A stretch of DNA of 64,000 bases from Eubacteriales bacterium (GCA_045613985.1 JAZLCA010000036.1:50023-114022), one strand, 5' to 3'. Shown: positions 53,470-63,169, counted from the stretch's first letter. The notes: a model not told the origin generated them from the letters alone. A program made the numbers and translations.

Positions 53470-54474
53470 ATGAAAAAAATCCTTATGATCGGCACCGGCG
53501 GCACCATCGCTTCGGACGTCACCCCCACGGGTCTTTCCCCCGAGTTGAATCCCGGCCGTCTGTTGGAATTTATCCCCAACATTCACAAGCACTGTGAGGT
53601 GGACTGCGTCCAATGCTACAGCCTGGACAGCACCAATATCCGTCCCAAGCACTGGTTGGGGCTGGCGCAAACGGTGCGTGACAACTACGACAGCTACGAC
53701 GGCTTTGTCATTTCGCACGGCACCGATACCATGGCCTATACCGCCGCTGCCCTGAGCTATCTCATCCAGAACAGCGCAAAGCCCATCGTCATCACGGGAG
53801 CGCAGAAGCCCATCTGGTTTGACAGCACCGACTCCAAGCGAAATCTAACCGATGCCTTCCTTTACGCCTGCCACGGAAGCGGCGGTGTTGTCATCGTCTT
53901 TGACGGCAAGGTCATTTTAGGCACGAGAGCAAGAAAGACCTATTCCAAGAGCTTTCAGGCATTTTCCAGCGTCAATTACCCCATCTTGGCTGTTTTGCAG
54001 GATGAAAAGCTGCTGCAATATATCCATGCAGACGCCTCGCCAAATGCCCACGTGTTTTACAACACCCTCAACGCAAACGTAGGCCTTCTCAAGCTGTTCC
54101 CCGGTATGCAGAGCGACGTCGTGGATTATATGCTGGAGCATCACGACGGATTGATCATTGAAAGCTTCGGCGTTGGCGGGCTTCCCGAATACTCCGACTT
54201 CTACGACAGCGTGCGAAGAGGTGCCGAGAGCGGCAAGGTCATCGTCATGACCACGCAGGTACCCAACGAAGGAAGTGATCTGTCCGTTTACGTTGTGGGA
54301 GGACACCTCAAGAGCACCGTTCGCATTCTGGAAGCACACGACATGACCACCGAAGCCGCGCTGACCAAGCTGATGTGGATCATGGGTCAGACCAACGATT
54401 TCGAGCGAATCAAATCCATGTTTTATACCCCTGTCGCCAAGGATATTTTGTATTCCGAAAGCTACGGAGAATAA
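53470..54474 (+). CDS. ansA: L-asparaginase, type I
   Basis: GTGGTIAS and HGTDTMAYTA motifs, 334 aa, AGGTG RBS. Confidence 0.9.
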   Translation: MKKILMIGTGGTIASDVTPTGLSPELNPGRLLEFIPNIHKHCEVDCVQCYSLDSTNIRPKHWLGLAQTVRDNYDSYDGFVISHGTDTMAYTAAALSYLIQNSAKPIVITGAQKPIWFDSTDSKRNLTDAFLYACHGSGGVVIVFDGKVILGTRARKTYSKSFQAFSSVNYPILAVLQDEKLLQYIHADASPNAHVFYNTLNANVGLLKLFPGMQSDVVDYMLEHHDGLIIESFGVGGLPEYSDFYDSVRRGAESGKVIVMTTQVPNEGSDLSVYVVGGHLKSTVRILEAHDMTTEAALTKLMWIMGQTNDFERIKSMFYTPVAKDILYSESYGE

Positions 54475-54481
54475 AAAAGCA

Positions 54482-54519
54482 AAAGCCGCGGGAATCACTC
54501 CTCGCGGCTTTCGTTTTTT
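54482..54519. terminator. Bidirectional intrinsic terminator
   Basis: AAAGCCGCGGGA / TCC(T)CGCGGCTTT stem followed by TCGTTTTTT. A-run upstream serves the convergent minus-strand gene. Confidence 0.75.
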
Positions 54520-55033
54520 ATTCCATGCTTACCTCAACCCGCTCTTGTTCCGTCACTTCTTCCATGACCATGAGTAAAAGGCCTTTGAAAACGACAAAAT
54601 TAATCACCGGTACCCAGCCGAGCAAAATGGCTAAGCTACGCTCGCGGCGGCCCAATTTGCGCGAAACCAAGCAAACGGACAAAATGCCGTTGAGAAAAAC
54701 AGCCAATTCTGCGGCAAGGCATACAATCACACTGACGCCAAACAATTCAGAATTGCTTCCCTTCGTGACAGCAAAAAGAACAACGTGATACAAGCTCGCG
54801 GGGATAACGGATACTGCATACAAAAGAAGCATCACGGCGCCGTGATAGCATATCTTGATACGCTTGGCTTCGGTCGCAGGCTCCCACATACCCGCCAAAA
54901 AATGAAACAGCACATACGCGGGCACAATGGCGATCAAAAGCAGCGGCTGTGCCTGAATGGCCACATAGCTGTTTGCAACAACGCAAAGCAACCACAGGTG
55001 CAAAAGATTGGGAAGAGTAAGAACGCGTCTCAT
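54518..55033 (-). CDS. Hypothetical polytopic membrane protein
   Basis: 171 aa, about 5 hydrophobic helices. 4-nt overlap with the upstream PTP gene. Confidence 0.55.
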   Translation of the reverse strand: MRRVLTLPNLLHLWLLCVVANSYVAIQAQPLLLIAIVPAYVLFHFLAGMWEPATEAKRIKICYHGAVMLLLYAVSVIPASLYHVVLFAVTKGSNSELFGVSVIVCLAAELAVFLNGILSVCLVSRKLGRRERSLAILLGWVPVINFVVFKGLLLMVMEEVTEQERVEVSME

Positions 55034-55506
55034 ACGGTTTCCTCCTTGATCAGTTGGTGCAGCATGGCCGTGCAGCCCTCCAAAATATCCCGATATGCGA
55101 TGTCAAAGCGATCGGAATACCAAGGATCTGCAACGTCACCGCCCCGTGCGGTATAGTCCATCAGCTTTCGGATTTTTCCCTGAGGATCACCGCTCAAAAT
55201 TCGGTGCATATTTCGAATGTTGGCACTGTCCATGCCAACAAACAAGTCATATTTGTCATAATCGGTACAGCGCAACTGTACCGCACGCTTTCCGTCACAA
55301 GAAATACCGTGACGTGCCAGCTCTTCTTTGGCGGGCGGATAGACGGGATTGCCCACGCCGTGCCATATCTCTTCCGTGCTGGTCGCGCAAGAGGCCACGG
55401 TGAATTGCTCCGCCATGCCTTTTTGTTCCATCAGCGACTTGAAAATAAACTCCGCCATGGGTGAGCGGCAGATGTTGCCGTGGCATACGAACATGATGCG
55501 CTTCAT
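55030..55506 (-). CDS. Low-molecular-weight protein tyrosine phosphatase
   Basis: VCHGNICRSPMAE (CX5R-S P-loop), DP acid loop DVADPWY, 158 aa. Confidence 0.9.
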   Translation of the reverse strand: MKRIMFVCHGNICRSPMAEFIFKSLMEQKGMAEQFTVASCATSTEEIWHGVGNPVYPPAKEELARHGISCDGKRAVQLRCTDYDKYDLFVGMDSANIRNMHRILSGDPQGKIRKLMDYTARGGDVADPWYSDRFDIAYRDILEGCTAMLHQLIKEETV

Positions 55507-56024
55507 GCGTCCTCCTCCGACCCTCGCAGGCAGTATTTTTCCGCATTGTACAGAGAGGCAAGCGTTCCCTTGTCATCCCGATAGACCACAAGAATAAAGG
55601 ACGTGCCCCGACAATAATTCTCATAATTGCCCAATTGAGTGAACTCGCCGTGGTGTTCAAAATAAAGGTGGCTCCGGTCAGGACCGTGGGTGCTGGGTGA
55701 ATAGTAGACGCTGACCAGCGTATCCTCAAAAATATCATATTTCCCACGCACAAACAGATACGCGTTTTTGCAGGGAGGAGCGAAGAAAAGCGCCCCCAAT
55801 CCGACGAATATCAAAATCAAAAATACGGCAATGGAAATAAACAAGGGATGGTATTGAGGGCGAATGCTGTCAAGCCCACCCAACCACAAGCCAACGATGA
55901 GGCCGCCACAGAGCCAAATAATTCCGACGGTTATCCCACGAGAGATCATATCCCCTTTGAGGTCGCTTCGAACATCCTCCTCGATTTTCTCGCGCGTCAA
56001 GACAATCTTCTCGTCCTTTTTCAT
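55503..56024 (-). CDS. Hypothetical two-TM membrane protein
   Basis: Start ATG 56024 with GAGGTGA RBS (the track start 56072 lies in the -35 box). TMs ITVGIIWLCGGLIVGLWLGG and LFISIAVFLILIFVGLGALFF. Confidence 0.55.
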   Translation of the reverse strand: MKKDEKIVLTREKIEEDVRSDLKGDMISRGITVGIIWLCGGLIVGLWLGGLDSIRPQYHPLFISIAVFLILIFVGLGALFFAPPCKNAYLFVRGKYDIFEDTLVSVYYSPSTHGPDRSHLYFEHHGEFTQLGNYENYCRGTSFILVVYRDDKGTLASLYNAEKYCLRGSEEDA

Positions 56025-56043
56025 GCCATCACCTCTTTTTCTC

Positions 56044-56072
56044 ATTATAACCTTAACGTCAATTTTTGTCAA
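56044..56072 (-). promoter_or_regulatory. Consensus sigma-A promoter of the membrane-PTP-membrane operon
   Basis: Minus strand TTGACA (56067-56072), 17 nt, TATAAT (56044-56049). Confidence 0.7.
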
Positions 56073-56083
56073 TAGGTAAAAGA

Positions 56084-56106
56084 AAAGCAGCCACTGGGGC
56101 TGCTTT
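56084..56106 (-). terminator. Intrinsic terminator after the 458-aa lipoprotein gene
   Basis: AAAGCAGCC / GGCTGCTTT stem followed by TTTTCTTTT on the minus strand. Confidence 0.7.
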
Positions 56107-56119
56107 TCCGAGTAATACG

Positions 56120-57496
56120 TTATTGAAATTTAACGCTGGTCGTGACCGTCAGGGTGACAGCCCCGTAAGATGCAATCGTTCCCTTGGCGGTAACGGTGCT
56201 CAAAATAGTGACGATGGCCCCGTCCTTGACGGTAACCGTGATGACCTGGCCGACGGAAGACATCGTGCCGCCGTTACCGGTGAAAACGGCCTCGTATTCG
56301 TCCCGGCTCAGATTGTCGCAAGTCAATTTATACACGCCGTCGCCCTTGTCCTCGATATTCGTGACGATATCAGGCGAATATTTGGACGTATTCATCAGCG
56401 ATTGGATCCACTCGCGAGCCTGCTGCTCGGTCTGGGGATTGTCTTGAGACTGGGAGCCCGTTTTGACCGTCTGCTTGCCGTTTTTGTAGGAAATATCGTA
56501 GTTCGTTTTATTGATGAAGGCATCAATGTTGTAAGAATACCCATCTTCGCCCTCAGCAACCACGATGTCGTTTTCCTCCGTATAAACGGACAACTGCTTG
56601 CCGTCGGCGGCGCGGATGAGCTGCTTGAGGTCCAATTCAAATCTGCATTGCCCGCTCTCGCTCCGCTCCTCCAGCATTTTCTCGATATCTTCCAGGATTC
56701 TGATATCATCGACCTTGGTGTAATCCTCTATCTTGATGGACTCGGTCGTTGTGATCGCTTCGTTGTACTGAGAGTAATCCGCCGTTATGGAAACGACGGG
56801 CATATTTTTGGCTTCCTCAAACACAAAATCTATTTTGATCTGCTTGGCGCGATAGTCCGCGTCCGCGATCAGAACCAGCTTCAGATCCATCACCTCAACG
56901 GACAGGGTACTGTCGTCCAGCCCCATCTGCTTACTGATCTTCTCAATCGCCGTTTTGGTGTAGCCGGAGCAGATCAACTCCCACGTGCCGTCCTCTTTTT
57001 TAGAAAAGTCCTTGGCGGTGCAATCCTTGATCAGATCAAGCGTGTCAAGCTCGCTTTCCAGGCGGTATTCCTTCGCCTCCTCGGCAGTCATGGACGAGTA
57101 CAGCTTTTGGGCCGCGCCGTCCTGCTCGTTGGAGATAAAATAATTGCCTTTGTAATAGGCCTCGATATTCTTTTGCGTCTGATCCATGGACAACCCCTTG
57201 GCAGTAACCTTGGTGGTCGTTTCCGTGTAGAAGTAGTAATCTCCCTCAAGCTTCAGATCCTGGATGGTGTAGCCCGTGCCATCCCCCGTCACCTCAATGC
57301 CGTTGATGAAGAAGGTCATTTTCATACTCATATCGGCTCGGTAGGAATCCAGCGCATCCATTTGCTCGTCGATTCTGTCGTAAAGCTCTTGTGCGCTCTC
57401 GGGCTCACTCACCTTTGGTTCGTCGCCGCCGCACGAAACCATCATCACAGCCGCAAGCAACATACATACCAACAAATAAAGAATTCTCTTTTTCAT
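56120..57496 (-). CDS. Hypothetical lipoprotein
   Basis: MKKRILYLLVCMLLAAVMMVSC lipobox, AAGGAGGA RBS, no recognised catalytic motif. Confidence 0.65.
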   Translation of the reverse strand: MKKRILYLLVCMLLAAVMMVSCGGDEPKVSEPESAQELYDRIDEQMDALDSYRADMSMKMTFFINGIEVTGDGTGYTIQDLKLEGDYYFYTETTTKVTAKGLSMDQTQKNIEAYYKGNYFISNEQDGAAQKLYSSMTAEEAKEYRLESELDTLDLIKDCTAKDFSKKEDGTWELICSGYTKTAIEKISKQMGLDDSTLSVEVMDLKLVLIADADYRAKQIKIDFVFEEAKNMPVVSITADYSQYNEAITTTESIKIEDYTKVDDIRILEDIEKMLEERSESGQCRFELDLKQLIRAADGKQLSVYTEENDIVVAEGEDGYSYNIDAFINKTNYDISYKNGKQTVKTGSQSQDNPQTEQQAREWIQSLMNTSKYSPDIVTNIEDKGDGVYKLTCDNLSRDEYEAVFTGNGGTMSSVGQVITVTVKDGAIVTILSTVTAKGTIASYGAVTLTVTTSVKFQ

Positions 57497-57528
57497 TATC
57501 GCAGTCCTCCTTATCAGATTGTAATTTT

Positions 57529-57557
57529 ATTATAGCATATCGCATCTTCAAAGTCAA
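57529..57557 (-). promoter_or_regulatory. Sigma-A promoter of the 458-aa lipoprotein gene
   Basis: Minus strand TTGACT (57552-57557), 17 nt, TATAAT (57529-57534). Confidence 0.65.
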
Positions 57558-57590
57558 GAACAGCATTTGTAAACAAAGTATCATGAAACA

Positions 57591-57623
57591 AGCACCGCCC
57601 GACGTTTTTTGTCGAACGGTGCT
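57591..57623 (-). terminator. Intrinsic terminator after the acyltransferase gene
   Basis: AGCACCG...CGAC / GTCG...CGGTGCT composite stem. T-rich sequence follows on the minus strand. Confidence 0.55.
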
Positions 57624-57628
57624 TTGCT

Positions 57629-58483
57629 TTACATTGTCTTTTGATAGTCGGCAAGCGACAGATTGGTATTGTAGGTAGGATCGCCCGGATGGATGCCTGC
57701 CATGCCCTGCATGACGTGATAGGCGCGTTCTTGCATATCCCGCGCCGCATCGATAGGGGACAGCGCCTTATCGTGATGCAACGGCTCACCAACGTGCAGA
57801 TCGACCTGCGGCTTTTTGGTAAACCACTTGGTAATACCCTTGCGGGGGCGGAAAGTCATCACGATGGGCAGGATGGGACGATCAAACTTGACCGCATACT
57901 GAAAGACCGCCTTTTTGAGAGGACGGATATCCGGATAATAAAACCACATCGAGCCCTCGGGGAAAAAGTGCATCCAGGTCTTGCTTGAAAGGACCTCTTC
58001 CATCGCGCCCTTGAAGTGCTTCATGGCACTGAAGCTGTCCGTAGGAATGGGAATGCCGCCCGCCATGCGGATCAAGGGGCCGTTGGGGCCCTCCAAATTG
58101 GTCTTCCAGGCAGGGAAAAACATCAATCGGGGACGGATGGCCTTCATCACGCAAATAAAGTCCCACATAAATACGTGATTGGAAATCGTGATGGCACCGT
58201 CCTTGAGAACTGCTTCATGCTTTTTCAAATTTTCTCGGCCATAGATGCGCAGGCCGTGGGTAATGCGTATGAGCCAGAACATCAGCACTCGCAGTACCAC
58301 CCACAAAAATACTCGCTGGCATTTGAACCAAAAGCTCTTTTGCAAATAGGGATAATCCTTATCCACCGCCACGTCCCGCAGATGCTTGACCGTGATCATG
58401 TGCTCGTCGGGCTGATCGGGATATTGATAATCCAGCTGATGCCGATAGTAGGCAAATTCTTTCTTTTTCTTCATAAGGAACAC
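57629..58483 (-). CDS. Lysophospholipid (1-acyl-sn-glycerol-3-phosphate-type) acyltransferase, PlsC-like
   Basis: HX4D motif NHVFMWD and FPEGS motif. Confidence 0.8.
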   Translation of the reverse strand: MFLMKKKKEFAYYRHQLDYQYPDQPDEHMITVKHLRDVAVDKDYPYLQKSFWFKCQRVFLWVVLRVLMFWLIRITHGLRIYGRENLKKHEAVLKDGAITISNHVFMWDFICVMKAIRPRLMFFPAWKTNLEGPNGPLIRMAGGIPIPTDSFSAMKHFKGAMEEVLSSKTWMHFFPEGSMWFYYPDIRPLKKAVFQYAVKFDRPILPIVMTFRPRKGITKWFTKKPQVDLHVGEPLHHDKALSPIDAARDMQERAYHVMQGMAGIHPGDPTYNTNLSLADYQKTM

Positions 58484-58491
58484 CTATGTTT

Positions 58492-59718
58492 TCAGGATTT
58501 CGGACGCTTTCTGAGCAAATACTCATCCAGTTTTTGTTTGACGTTATCCGGCATCTCGCGCGAAACGGGGCAGCGGACCGCATTGACCATGCGATCGGTA
58601 AAAGCGGCAATGAAGTCAATATCCTTTTGCACCTGCTCCGCCTTGACGACGGCAGCGGTGTCGTAGCTGTTATGAATGGGGGCCAGATCGCGGCCGGCGA
58701 TGCGGGCAAATGAAATGGCGGGAACGCCGAGATCGGCAAAGGGAGTGGAGTCACTGGAATAGACGTCCTGGTAAGGCTTGACCTGGAAGCCAAGCTCGTT
58801 GCCAAGATAAGAAACGTAGTGAACCAGCGGCATCTCGCCCGTTACGCAAGCAATAAAGTGTCCCATGATCGAACCGATCATATCCAGGTTGATGACCAGC
58901 GGGATTTTGTCAAGCGTTTCTTTGTTTGCCTCGCAATAGGCCTTGGAGCCAAGAAGTCCCCTCTCTTCGCTGCCGCAGAAGATAAAGCGCAGAGAACGGC
59001 GGTGGGCATGCGTCAAAAAGTAATCGGCAAGGCCCAACAGTCCCACGCATCCGGACATATTGTCATAAGCACCCTGAGAGAGCGAGGTAGTATCGTAGTG
59101 GGCAGTGAAGATGACAGTCTCCTCCTCGTCGCCCGCAAGATCGAATACGACGTTATGCGATTTACCCTTGTATTCGTCCTGTGCCAGCACGATCTTGGCC
59201 GTTTTCGCGCCGCTTCTGACGATATCTACCGCATCCTTGGCATTGATGTTAACGCCGGGAATCTTATCGCCCTTGGAAACGTAGGAGCGGAGCTCACGGT
59301 GGTCGATGTCACGGTCGGCGTAGTTGACGTTTCCGTCGTAGGAGATAAAGCCGAGCGCGCCGTTATCCAACAGATCGCGGTATCTCCAATAGCCCAGATA
59401 GCCGTCAAACAAAACGATCTTACCGCGGCACGAGGACAGCGAATATTTATCGTTGCCGGTCAGATAGTACAAGGGAGCCTCCACCTCGCCCGAGCCTGCA
59501 CAAAGATAGCCCTTGCAAGGGATCTCGTGGCCGTCCACCGTCAGAGTAGCGGTCTGTATGGTGGCCATGTCCACTTCAAATTCTTCCAGGCGAGCATCGA
59601 TCCCCATTTCGCGGCATACGCTTTGCAAATATTGCGCCGCTTTGAGTTCTTCCCCGCTTCCGCCCATGCGGACGTAGGCGGTATCGGCAAAAATCTTTTC
59701 GATCTGAGTCAGTTTCAT
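58492..59718 (-). CDS. M28-family metallopeptidase with PA domain
   Basis: FTAHYDT, FCGSEERGLLGS, PA-like RGKIVLFDGYLGYWRYRDLLDNGALGFISYDG. Confidence 0.8.
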   Translation of the reverse strand: MKLTQIEKIFADTAYVRMGGSGEELKAAQYLQSVCREMGIDARLEEFEVDMATIQTATLTVDGHEIPCKGYLCAGSGEVEAPLYYLTGNDKYSLSSCRGKIVLFDGYLGYWRYRDLLDNGALGFISYDGNVNYADRDIDHRELRSYVSKGDKIPGVNINAKDAVDIVRSGAKTAKIVLAQDEYKGKSHNVVFDLAGDEEETVIFTAHYDTTSLSQGAYDNMSGCVGLLGLADYFLTHAHRRSLRFIFCGSEERGLLGSKAYCEANKETLDKIPLVINLDMIGSIMGHFIACVTGEMPLVHYVSYLGNELGFQVKPYQDVYSSDSTPFADLGVPAISFARIAGRDLAPIHNSYDTAAVVKAEQVQKDIDFIAAFTDRMVNAVRCPVSREMPDNVKQKLDEYLLRKRPKS

Positions 59719-59762
59719 GTGATACTCCTTATTCTAAAATTTATTTTTCACGGGCCATGCCT

Positions 59763-60524
59763 TTATACGTTTTTCAGCAAATAGTCCAGCGCGCTTTGAA
59801 TATGCTTATCCCACCAGCGCCAGGAATGGTCACCCTCGGAGGATTCGTACAAGTGGGGCACACCATAGTCGGTCAGCATTTGGCTAAAGCGCTCGCTGTA
59901 CTCGTGTCCGCGATCCTGCTCTCCGCACCAAATGTACATTGCAGGGAAAGGCTTGCCTGCGGCGCGACACTCGTCAGCAAGAGCAAACAGATCGTGCTGT
60001 GTTCCCTTCAATTCACCGTGGCTCTTCATATCAAAGCCGAAAATACCGCGCCACTCATCCATGGGACGGTTGCGGGAGACGTCGGCGATATCCAGCGTAC
60101 CCGACAAGGACGCCGCGCCGCCAAAGCATTCGGGATAGGTCAGCGCTGCCTTGAAGGCACCGTAGCCTCCCATTGACAGTCCTGCGATAAGATTATCCTC
60201 CCTCAAATCAGACATTCCTCTGAAAAAGCCGCGGCAGACCTCGGGCAATTCCTTTGCCACGAAGGTCAGGTAGTTTGCACCCGTAGCCGTGTCGGTGTAC
60301 CAGCTTCTACCCACGCCCGGCATAACGACAGCGATGCCACGATCGCCGGCATAGCGTTCGATCGCGGTGCGGCGCATCCAGGTGGTGTGATCGTCCGAAA
60401 GGCCGTGCAACAGATACAGCGTCTTATATTTTTCTCCGTGCTTGGCCCCCTCGGGCAACACGACGTTGACCGTAACGCCCATACGAAGAGCATCCGACTG
60501 ATAACTCATTTCAAAAAAAGCCAT
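59763..60524 (-). CDS. Esterase-D-family alpha/beta hydrolase
   Basis: GLSMGGYGA nucleophile elbow, YLLHGLSDDHTTW, C-terminal HSW. Confidence 0.85.
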   Translation of the reverse strand: MAFFEMSYQSDALRMGVTVNVVLPEGAKHGEKYKTLYLLHGLSDDHTTWMRRTAIERYAGDRGIAVVMPGVGRSWYTDTATGANYLTFVAKELPEVCRGFFRGMSDLREDNLIAGLSMGGYGAFKAALTYPECFGGAASLSGTLDIADVSRNRPMDEWRGIFGFDMKSHGELKGTQHDLFALADECRAAGKPFPAMYIWCGEQDRGHEYSERFSQMLTDYGVPHLYESSEGDHSWRWWDKHIQSALDYLLKNV

Positions 60525-60545
60525 GTTCCTTCTCCTTGCATTGCA

Positions 60546-62090
60546 TTATTTCGTATTCTCGCCTTGTTCTTGCCAGTTGTAGCGATAAGTCTCGCCGCCG
60601 CAGGAGTACACCTCGGGCACCTTGCGCTCCATCCAGTCCAGAGGCGTCAGGTCGTCGCGGTCCTCGGAAGAGCGGCGGAATGCCTGCATCAGACGCTCCT
60701 CGTCGCGAGGCTTCAGCACGCCGGGTGCCGCCGAGATGAAAAAGGCCGAGTTGCTCATGGCCAAAAGATCGGCAAACTGCAAATTCAGATCGATCGGCAC
60801 ACGATCGGTAAAGGCGGCGCAGTCAGCGTCCGTCATAAAGAAGGCCTTGTTCTGGCACTGGCGGAAGGCCAGCGTGTTGATGCCGTAGTCGCGGGTGATC
60901 CACCAGTGATGGCCGCTGGTATCGTTGCCACTGCGGACGATATCGTGAATGCCCGCCGCAAGATGATTGTAAATGTTACAGCCAATGATATGGGCACCGT
61001 CGGCCGCGTCCTGAATGAGAGAATACACATCCTTCAATACTCGAGCGTTGGTCTTGGTGCGATCGCGCCAGTGCCAGCCGCCAAACGTCAGGGTCGGATC
61101 CAAAAACTGCTTACCCATCAGGTCGGGGCAGGTAAAATCGTGTTTGATGAGGCGGTAGCCGCTCTTGGCCAAGCCGCCGATCAGCGAGCGCACGTAGTCC
61201 TGCGCGCCCTCCGTGGTGGGGTCCAGCACTCTTCCCTCATCGGGATATTCCTGATTTTCAGAATAACATTCCTCGGGAATGTGCGGCATCAGCTCTTCGC
61301 GCACCAGCATGGGACGCACCCAAATGCCGGGATCGCAGCCCAGTGCCGAAATGTCCTCCGCCACTACCTTCATGTCGCCGAAATCGGCGTTGCCCGCGTA
61401 GGGGCCGCCATTGTAGGTTACGCCCGGACGGCGGCCGTACTTGTTCCAACCGTCGTCAATGACCATGATGGGCGGGGGCGTCCCCTCCACTCGGTCGCTT
61501 GCCAGACGGGCGCACAAACGGGCGTCCTCCATTACCGAGGCGCGGGTGATGTTACCGTAGGTGTAGTACCAGGTGTTAAAACCGTAGACGGGGCGGCCGG
61601 GCAATTTGGGACGCTCGCACATCGCACGGCAAAAATCGCGGGCAAAATCGAAGGGGGATTGCCCATTCACGCTCACTCCATAGACCGTCTCGGCGCAAAG
61701 CAGCGGTTCGACAAGCTCTACGCCCTCACCGCCGTTGCGGGTGTCACACCGCAGAGTCACTCCGTCCTCCTCGATCAACCAAGAACAAAAGCTGTCACAG
61801 CCTGTCTTGACGCCAAAACCGTGCGTCCGCTCGCCGTCAAAGGCCATAAAGTACCATTCGGCGGGACGGGACAGCGGCAGCGGCGACCAGCACAGATCCG
61901 CACGGGCCACGCCCCACGAATCAGCCAGCACCTGCTTCATAAAAGACGTATCAAAGCGCCACTTGAGTACAACCTCCTTGACGGATCGACCACTCGGCAG
62001 CAGCCATATTTTCACTCCCTTGGCGGCAGGCTCAACACGCACCGAGCCGTCCGCGGGAGAAACGATGTGAATTTTCTCCATTGACAACAT
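60546..62090 (-). CDS. Clan GH-D alpha-galactosidase-like glycoside hydrolase (GH36/GH27-like)
   Basis: IMVIDDGW and LIKHDF motifs, no signal peptide, GGAGA RBS before ATG 62090. Confidence 0.6.
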   Translation of the reverse strand: MLSMEKIHIVSPADGSVRVEPAAKGVKIWLLPSGRSVKEVVLKWRFDTSFMKQVLADSWGVARADLCWSPLPLSRPAEWYFMAFDGERTHGFGVKTGCDSFCSWLIEEDGVTLRCDTRNGGEGVELVEPLLCAETVYGVSVNGQSPFDFARDFCRAMCERPKLPGRPVYGFNTWYYTYGNITRASVMEDARLCARLASDRVEGTPPPIMVIDDGWNKYGRRPGVTYNGGPYAGNADFGDMKVVAEDISALGCDPGIWVRPMLVREELMPHIPEECYSENQEYPDEGRVLDPTTEGAQDYVRSLIGGLAKSGYRLIKHDFTCPDLMGKQFLDPTLTFGGWHWRDRTKTNARVLKDVYSLIQDAADGAHIIGCNIYNHLAAGIHDIVRSGNDTSGHHWWITRDYGINTLAFRQCQNKAFFMTDADCAAFTDRVPIDLNLQFADLLAMSNSAFFISAAPGVLKPRDEERLMQAFRRSSEDRDDLTPLDWMERKVPEVYSCGGETYRYNWQEQGENTK

Positions 62091-62101
62091 ACTGTTCTCC
62101 T

Positions 62102-62953
62102 TTATCTTATCTCAAATTTATCTTTGGTCGCGCACGCGCCGCCAAATCTCTCTTTCAAAAAGCGTGCCACGCCGTCCTCCTCGTTGCCGCAGATGACAGC
62201 CGTTGCCATCTTCTTCAGCTCTTCGTCGGCATTGGCCATCGCGTAGCACTCGTCTGCGATTTCAAACATGGAAACGTCGTTTTTCCCGTCGCCAAAGCAG
62301 ACGATCTTATCACAGCCAAGCAATCGCTTCAAGGCAAGAATAGCCTCTGCCTTGGTCGCGCCGCGCGGTTGGATCTCCAGCCACTGCTCCCCGCTGTAAA
62401 TATCTTTGTGATAGATGCACTCAAAGCGGTCGCGGTACTTCTCGTAAATGGGAAACAGAAGCTCGGGCTCGTCGATGCAGGTCAGGTGGAAGATCTCGCC
62501 CGCATACAGTTCATGCTCATCCGACACCGGATTGTCTCGCTTATCACCGCGGCGGGTATCGTTAAACCATCGCACTCCCCTGCTCTGCCTGTCCTCGACG
62601 TAGGAGAATTTTTCCACGCTGTCCACAAAAGCGTAAACGATGGGGTATATGCCGCAAGACAGCAGGTCGTCGAGGATCTCCCTCGCTTCGGCTGAGGCGA
62701 ATGCCCCCGAAAGGAGCCGCTTGCCCGTCGCGCTTTCCACCACGAAAGAGCCGTTGTAAATAATGACCGGCAGGTTGGTGTTAAGTCCCGCCGTGGCCTT
62801 GCTTGCGGTCACAAGCGAGCGGGCGGTGGCATAGGAAAAGATCATGCCCTGCGCCACCAGAGCATTGATGGCATCGACGGTAAAGGCGGAAAGCGTCTGA
62901 TCGCCTCGCAACAGCGTGCCGTCGAGATCGGATACGTACAGCACCTTTGACAT
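62102..62953 (-). CDS. Cof-type HAD-IIB hydrolase
   Basis: YVSDLDGTLL and GDGKNDVSMF. ATG 62953 follows AGAGAGGAA. The track start 62974 is a TTG only a few nt from the predicted transcription start. Confidence 0.85.
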   Translation of the reverse strand: MSKVLYVSDLDGTLLRGDQTLSAFTVDAINALVAQGMIFSYATARSLVTASKATAGLNTNLPVIIYNGSFVVESATGKRLLSGAFASAEAREILDDLLSCGIYPIVYAFVDSVEKFSYVEDRQSRGVRWFNDTRRGDKRDNPVSDEHELYAGEIFHLTCIDEPELLFPIYEKYRDRFECIYHKDIYSGEQWLEIQPRGATKAEAILALKRLLGCDKIVCFGDGKNDVSMFEIADECYAMANADEELKKMATAVICGNEEDGVARFLKERFGGACATKDKFEIR

Positions 62954-62985
62954 GACCGTTCCTCTCTTTCCCAAATTCTGCTTTT

Positions 62986-63014
62986 ATTATACTAAATCCA
63001 TCGACACTTGTCAA
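62986..63014 (-). promoter_or_regulatory. Consensus sigma-A promoter of the HAD-glycosidase-esterase-M28-PlsC operon
   Basis: Minus strand TTGACA (63009-63014), 17 nt, TATAAT (62986-62991). Confidence 0.7.
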
Positions 63015-63023
63015 GCACAAACA

Positions 63024-63050
63024 AAAGGCCAAGCGGTGCGCTCGGCCTTT
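63024..63050 (-). terminator. Intrinsic terminator
   Basis: AAAGGCCAAGC / GCTCGGCCTTT stem (one mismatch) followed by TTTTGTTTGTG on the minus strand. Confidence 0.7.
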
Positions 63051-63070
63051 GGTCTTATTTGTTAGATTTG

Positions 63071-63169
63071 TTATAACTCCTTTTGCAGAACGTACTCTCT
63101 TCTGTTCTTTTCGATCATATCGTACGCAATGGTGAAACCGAGCTTTTGATAAAAAGCCACGAGCACGTC
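63071..63169 (-). pseudogene. Remnant of a GNAT acetyltransferase C-terminus
   Basis: Minus-strand frame reads ADVLVAFYQKLGFTIAYDMIEKNRREYVLQKEL-stop. The frame is closed by a stop 17 codons upstream, has no start codon, and differs from the frame of the preceding gene. Confidence 0.4.
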
